A stretch of DNA of 12,941 nucleotides, taken from the NCBI GenBank assembly GCA_963817915.1, contig CAWFQL010000008.1, forward strand, positions 1-12,941. The letters run 5' to 3'. Below the pieces are notes generated by a model. That model was not told where the DNA came from and did not search any database. It worked only from the letters and a program-made list of their open reading frames with translations. A program made the position numbers and the translations under genes. Shown here in pieces: positions 9,242 through 12,941 of the stretch (its first letter is position 1; each line of letters starts with the position of its first letter). This DNA is from an uncultured candidate division Zixibacteria bacterium. Its GTDB lineage: Bacteria > Zixibacteria > MSB-5A5 > UBA10806.

Positions 9242-9928
9242 TTATTGCCAATCATCCTGTCTGACAGGGGTTATTTTATCACTCTTGCCCATGATTAAAT
9301 CCACTATTCCTTTAGCGGCAATCCTTGCATGTTCCTCATAGCCTTCAACTTTGGTTAACTCTCCGCTGATTCGCGATTCTGCAATAGCATTTCCTTCCAA
9401 GGCAACATCGCCAACAGAAGAATCCCATATTTGTACAAATGCTTTTACTTCGGCGCCTTTTTTTGTAGTATAGCCTAACCAAATATCGTAACCGAAGCTT
9501 TCTTGCTTTTGGAAAGTGCCCAAACTTATAAACATCAAATATCTGGTTCCTAGAGCCTTTTTAACTTCATTTAACATGGATTTATCGAAAATCGCAGTAG
9601 ATGTATATGCCGAAATAGCTGTTAGATATTTTTCAGTAAGTCCCGCGTCATTTATTTTTTTCATCGCATCTTGCCAATGGACAAAATTAATTGATCCAAA
9701 GGCGCTGTCCAAATCAGCGTTAAGAAGTCGCCAAGCGGTCTTCTGTATTCTTCTTGACCAGCGCTAGTGATTACTGGAAGCAGCGATAGGCCATCTGTTC
9801 TAATATTTTCCAAAGAAAAACCGGGATTTATATAGCTGATTTTGCTATGGTTCATAATGGGAGCAGTGCAGCTTACGATAACTATCGCAATAATGCCAAC
9901 TATCACAAATCGCTTTTTAGGCCTCCAT
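9242..9928 (-). pseudogene. Frameshift-split hypothetical lipoprotein (pseudogene or assembly error)
   Basis: ORFs 9661-9906 and 9242-9712 join if one A is restored at ~9720 (TTC TTA [A]AC GCT GAT TTG = FLNADLDSAF). Removing one G after the ATG at 9928 gives the lipoprotein signal MRPKKRFVIVGIIAIVIVS-C. Confidence 0.7.
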
Positions 9929-10068
9929 CTTTATTAGAAAAAGCTATAATTTAATTGCCTCGCGGAGAATTAAATGAGTCGAAGAGCGGAAAGTACGATC
10001 AACTTACAAGTTCAATTCTGATCTGTTTCGCTTTTTTATTTTCAGTACCTTTACCAATATTCAACAAA

Positions 10069-10097
10069 TATTTACCCAAATAAGATGAAAATGTCAA
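10069..10097 (-). promoter_or_regulatory. Possible sigma70 promoter for the split lipoprotein gene
   Basis: Minus-strand TTGACA (10097-10092), N17, TAAATA (10074-10069). The -10 element is imperfect. Confidence 0.35.
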
Positions 10098-10139
10098 TAT
10101 TATATTTATGTGCAATCATGAACCCCCCTCAAAAGAAAA

Positions 10140-10213
<74 letters not shown>

Positions 10214-10437
10214 AAGGACTTGGCCGCCAAATCGGCAGACCTGAAATTGTAAAAGAACATCACCCCCCAAACCGCATTAAACAGGAAATCCCCCATTTTC
10301 GCAAGCGAATTCTGATAGATTGCCACCCCTCAATGAAGTAGGGCGGAACCCCTGCGGTTCCGCCGACTTCGGGAAAATGAAAAGAAGTCCGAACCACGGG
10401 GGTTCGGACCTACCAAGCTACAACGCCATTTCCTCCA

Positions 10438-10467
10438 TTGACAAACCACCAAAATCCATTATATAGT
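10438..10467 (+). promoter_or_regulatory. Sigma70-like promoter, copy 1
   Basis: TTGACA (10438-10443), N18, TATAGT (10462-10467). Confidence 0.55.
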
Positions 10468-10568
10468 TTGTAGGCGGAACCCCTGCGGTTCCGCCGACTT
10501 CGGGAAAATGAAAAGAAGTCCGAACCACGGGGGTTCGGACCTACCAAGCTACAACGCCATTTCCCCCA

Positions 10569-10598
10569 TTGACAAACCACAAAAATCCATTATATAGT
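10569..10598 (+). promoter_or_regulatory. Sigma70-like promoter, copy 2
   Basis: TTGACA (10569-10574), N18, TATAGT (10593-10598). Confidence 0.55.
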
Positions 10599-10700
10599 TT
10601 GTAGGGCGGAACCCCTGCGGTTCCGCCGACTTCGGGAAAATGAAAAGAAGTCCGAACCACGGGGGTTCGGACCTACCAAGCTACAACGCCATTTCCCCCA

Positions 10701-10730
10701 TTGACAAACCCCCGAAATCCATTATATAGT
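10701..10730 (+). promoter_or_regulatory. Sigma70-like promoter, copy 3; the likely native promoter of the Reeler/T9SS gene
   Basis: TTGACA (10701-10706), N18, TATAGT (10725-10730), ~50 nt upstream of the start codon. Confidence 0.65.
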
Positions 10731-10779
10731 AATAGCGATATTTATGATTTAGAATGGTAAATGCGATCAAGGAGTAATG

Positions 10780-11571
10780 ATGAAAAATGGTACTAAAATC
10801 TTCGGAACAATACTTATTGTCCTGCTAACTACCTCGTTGGCGTTCGGCCATGCGAGCTATACCGGATATTCCGGCGCGCCCGGCACCAGAGGCGCCTGCG
10901 CAGGCCAATGCCATGGATCCAACGGCGGCACAATCCAGGTTAGCGGATTCCCGACTCAATACATATCCGGCCAGGCCTATACGATAACCATATCCCATAA
11001 TGGCGGCACCACTATCAGGCAATTCAATGGCAGCTGCCGAATCGGCACAGGTTCGCAAAATGCCGGCGTTATTGCCGCAGGCACGAGAACCTCGATCTAC
11101 AGCGCTACCGGCGAAACCAATGGTGTGAAGTTGACATCCACCAATCAGAATGACGGCACCTTTTCATGGACCGCCCCGGCCTCGGGCAGTGGCGATGTCA
11201 AATTATATATCTCGGGATTGCAAGGTAATTACAGCGGCCTGAATACAGAACTGGTGTTGACCTCGTCCGAGCAGACAACAGGCATAGACGAGTTGGTCCA
11301 AAATCCATCCAATCTCAGCATTCTCTCTAATTATCCTAATCCATTCAACGCTGTCACTACTATATATTTCTCGACATCAACCGCGGGCCCGGCCAGCCTG
11401 AATATCTATAATCTCGTAGGACAAAAAGTTGCTTCATTATATGAAGGCAATATAAGCACGGGCGAGCACTATATTCATTGGGACGCCAACAAGTATCCCA
11501 GCGGCGTCTATTTCTGCAGACTCGCGCTCAATGGCCAGACAATTACCCGTCAATTGACTCTTCTGAAATAG
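10780..11571 (+). CDS. Secreted Reeler-like (choice-of-anchor V-type) protein with a T9SS type A C-terminal sorting domain
   Basis: AAGGAG RBS (ATG 10780 is better spaced than 10777) and a signal peptide ending AFG. SGAPG...CAGQCH, PTQYISGQAYTITI and FSWTAPASGSGDVKLY. C-terminal domain NYPNPFN...IYNLVGQKV...WDA...SGVYF...LTLLK. Confidence 0.85.
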   Translation: MKNGTKIFGTILIVLLTTSLAFGHASYTGYSGAPGTRGACAGQCHGSNGGTIQVSGFPTQYISGQAYTITISHNGGTTIRQFNGSCRIGTGSQNAGVIAAGTRTSIYSATGETNGVKLTSTNQNDGTFSWTAPASGSGDVKLYISGLQGNYSGLNTELVLTSSEQTTGIDELVQNPSNLSILSNYPNPFNAVTTIYFSTSTAGPASLNIYNLVGQKVASLYEGNISTGEHYIHWDANKYPSGVYFCRLALNGQTITRQLTLLK

Positions 11572-11599
11572 CCTTAGCGTAAAATATCCGAAAGCATTT

Positions 11600-11629
11600 A
11601 AGCGCCTGTTCATCGGGCGCTTTTTTTTT
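11600..11629 (+). terminator. Rho-independent terminator
   Basis: AAGCGCCTG-ttcat-CGGGCGC hairpin followed by T9, 29 nt after the stop at 11571. Confidence 0.85.
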
Positions 11630-11778
11630 ATTTTCGACATTCAATTCGGTCATCAAAAAATTAAAATGGACAATACCCGCTTTTCATAAAGAATTTTTAT
11701 CATTCGCCGATAGTGTTAAAAGAAAAGAGAATTATTAGCGCGAGGTTTAAGCCGGAATTAGTCAGGTGGGGGAGAAAT

Positions 11779-12852
11779 TTGCTATCGGAACGGATTGAAC
11801 AGTCTCATCCCGAGACTGGTAACGATATATTTTCAATAAAAGATTTTATTGAGTTATTAATCGCCAGATGGAAATTTATTCTATCTGTCTCTTTAGCCGC
11901 CGGATGCGTTGCGGCATTAATCAGTTTTTTTATCCCAAATCAATATACCGCCACATCAACCATTCTTCCAACCATGAACGATACCGGCATGGGCAGTATG
12001 TTTTCGCTGGTCGATAAAATGCCAGGTATCGATTTGTCTACATTTGGGCTATCTGATAAATCGCCATCGATATTATATCCCGAAATCATCAAAAGCCGTC
12101 AAGTCTCCGAACAGGTATTAAATCAAATTCATACATTCAATATTGGCAATAAAAGAATTACTCAAAATCTCTATCAATATTTGAAAACACCGGACCGGGA
12201 CGACGCGATCAGCGAATTATCCAAATGTGTCAGCATTACCAATGATAAAAAGACAAGAATAATCAGCGTATCCGTGACTACCAAAAGCTCCGAACTATCG
12301 GCGCAAGTTGCCAATGATCTCGTAGAACGGCTTGACGAATTCAATAAGCTGCAAAGGAAAACGGGCGCGAGTCAGAATAGAGAATTCATTGAAAATCGCA
12401 TGATCGAAACAAAAACCGATCTGGCAGATGCCGAAGCGAATTTGAGGGATTTCCGCGATAATAATCTGAATTATTACAATTCAACCGATCCCGAATTGAC
12501 TCTATTAAATGAACGTCTGACGAGAGAAGTAGAATTGAAATCCCAGGTTTACCTTGCCCTCTCACAACAATATGAGATGGCGGTAATTCAGGAAAAAAAG
12601 GATCTCGCAATTATCCAGATACTTGATAAGGCGGTTCCACCCAGCAGGAAGAGCGGACCACATAGGGCAAATAATGTAATGGCAGGCTTAGCAATGGGAT
12701 TTTGTCTTTCGCTCGCCTGGATAATATTTGAACGACGTGCTAAGACAGGAAATAGCTTTTTCGATTCGAATCATCCGTTTGGAAGGCTTCGATTTATTCG
12801 ACCCCGCGACAAAAACGATATTCGCTTGGAAGAACATGCTGAACACCGTTAA
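11779..12852 (+). CDS. Wzz/FepE/GumC-family polysaccharide chain-length determinant (polysaccharide co-polymerase, no kinase domain)
   Basis: N-terminal TM followed by PNQYTATSTILP and EIIKSR, a coiled-coil, then IQILDKAVPP..KSGP and a C-terminal TM. The likely start is TTG 11779 after GGGGAG; the frame is open from 11713. Confidence 0.88.
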   Translation: MLSERIEQSHPETGNDIFSIKDFIELLIARWKFILSVSLAAGCVAALISFFIPNQYTATSTILPTMNDTGMGSMFSLVDKMPGIDLSTFGLSDKSPSILYPEIIKSRQVSEQVLNQIHTFNIGNKRITQNLYQYLKTPDRDDAISELSKCVSITNDKKTRIISVSVTTKSSELSAQVANDLVERLDEFNKLQRKTGASQNREFIENRMIETKTDLADAEANLRDFRDNNLNYYNSTDPELTLLNERLTREVELKSQVYLALSQQYEMAVIQEKKDLAIIQILDKAVPPSRKSGPHRANNVMAGLAMGFCLSLAWIIFERRAKTGNSFFDSNHPFGRLRFIRPRDKNDIRLEEHAEHR

Positions 12853-12941
12853 GGGCTTCTTTAAACAAACATTTCTTTACGGCTTCGTCGCGGGACTCAG
12901 TTCGCTGATGGAGTTCCTGCTTTTGCCGATATATTCCCGTT
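12836..12941 (+). CDS. Wzx-like oligosaccharide flippase, N-terminal fragment running off the window
   Basis: Not in the ORF track. Translates MLNTVKGFFKQTFLYGFVAGLSSLMEFLLLPIYSR, matching the typical K.T..YG...FLLLP.Y.R flippase N-terminus. It overlaps the wzz-like gene end by 17 nt. Confidence 0.75.
   Translation, partial: MLNTVKGFFKQTFLYGFVAGLSSLMEFLLLPIYSR

Larger units (their letters stand above)
10338..10730. repeat. Tandem repeat, 3 x ~132 bp (10338-10469, 10470-10600, 10601-10730); each unit is an inverted GTAG REP doublet plus a promoter-like segment
   Basis: Direct alignment shows near-identical units. Differences: one G missing in unit 2, tcctcc vs tccccc, and substitutions between TTGACA and TATAGT. 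The doublet is GTAG-GGCGGAACC-cctgc-GGTTCCGCC...GTCCGAACC-acggg-GGTTCGGAC-CTAC. Confidence 0.95.

Noticed and set aside
10338..10730. CRISPR array
   Set aside because: The sequence between the palindromes is near-identical in all units (no unique spacers), the period is ~132 bp, and no cas genes are present.
11630..11778. ops/JUMPStart element ahead of the polysaccharide genes
   Set aside because: No GGCGGTAG-like motif found.

Overview
A 12.9 kb bacterial window, probably from the FCB group (inferred from a secreted protein with an NYPNPFN-type T9SS C-terminal domain). From left to right it holds: a 5'-truncated M19 dipeptidase; a small His/Cys protein; an ArnT/PMT-like GT-C glycosyltransferase; a minus-strand operon of tadA, a membrane protein and a lipoprotein; a SAM methyltransferase; a large secreted Zn-metalloprotease with a +1 frameshift near its 3' end; a GTAG REP palindrome; a PLD-family nuclease with a four-CxxC tail; a frameshift-split lipoprotein; tRNA-Arg(ACG); a Reeler-like T9SS cargo protein; and the start of a polysaccharide locus (Wzz-like chain-length protein, Wzx flippase). 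The most unusual element is a non-coding tandem triplication of a ~132 bp unit (10338-10730). Each unit fuses an inverted GTAG REP doublet, whose two hairpins differ by compensatory base-pair changes, to a near-consensus sigma70 promoter (TTGACA-N18-TATAGT). The promoters of units 1 and 2 point straight into the next REP doublet. Several isolated 1-nt indels suggest residual assembly error or recent decay.
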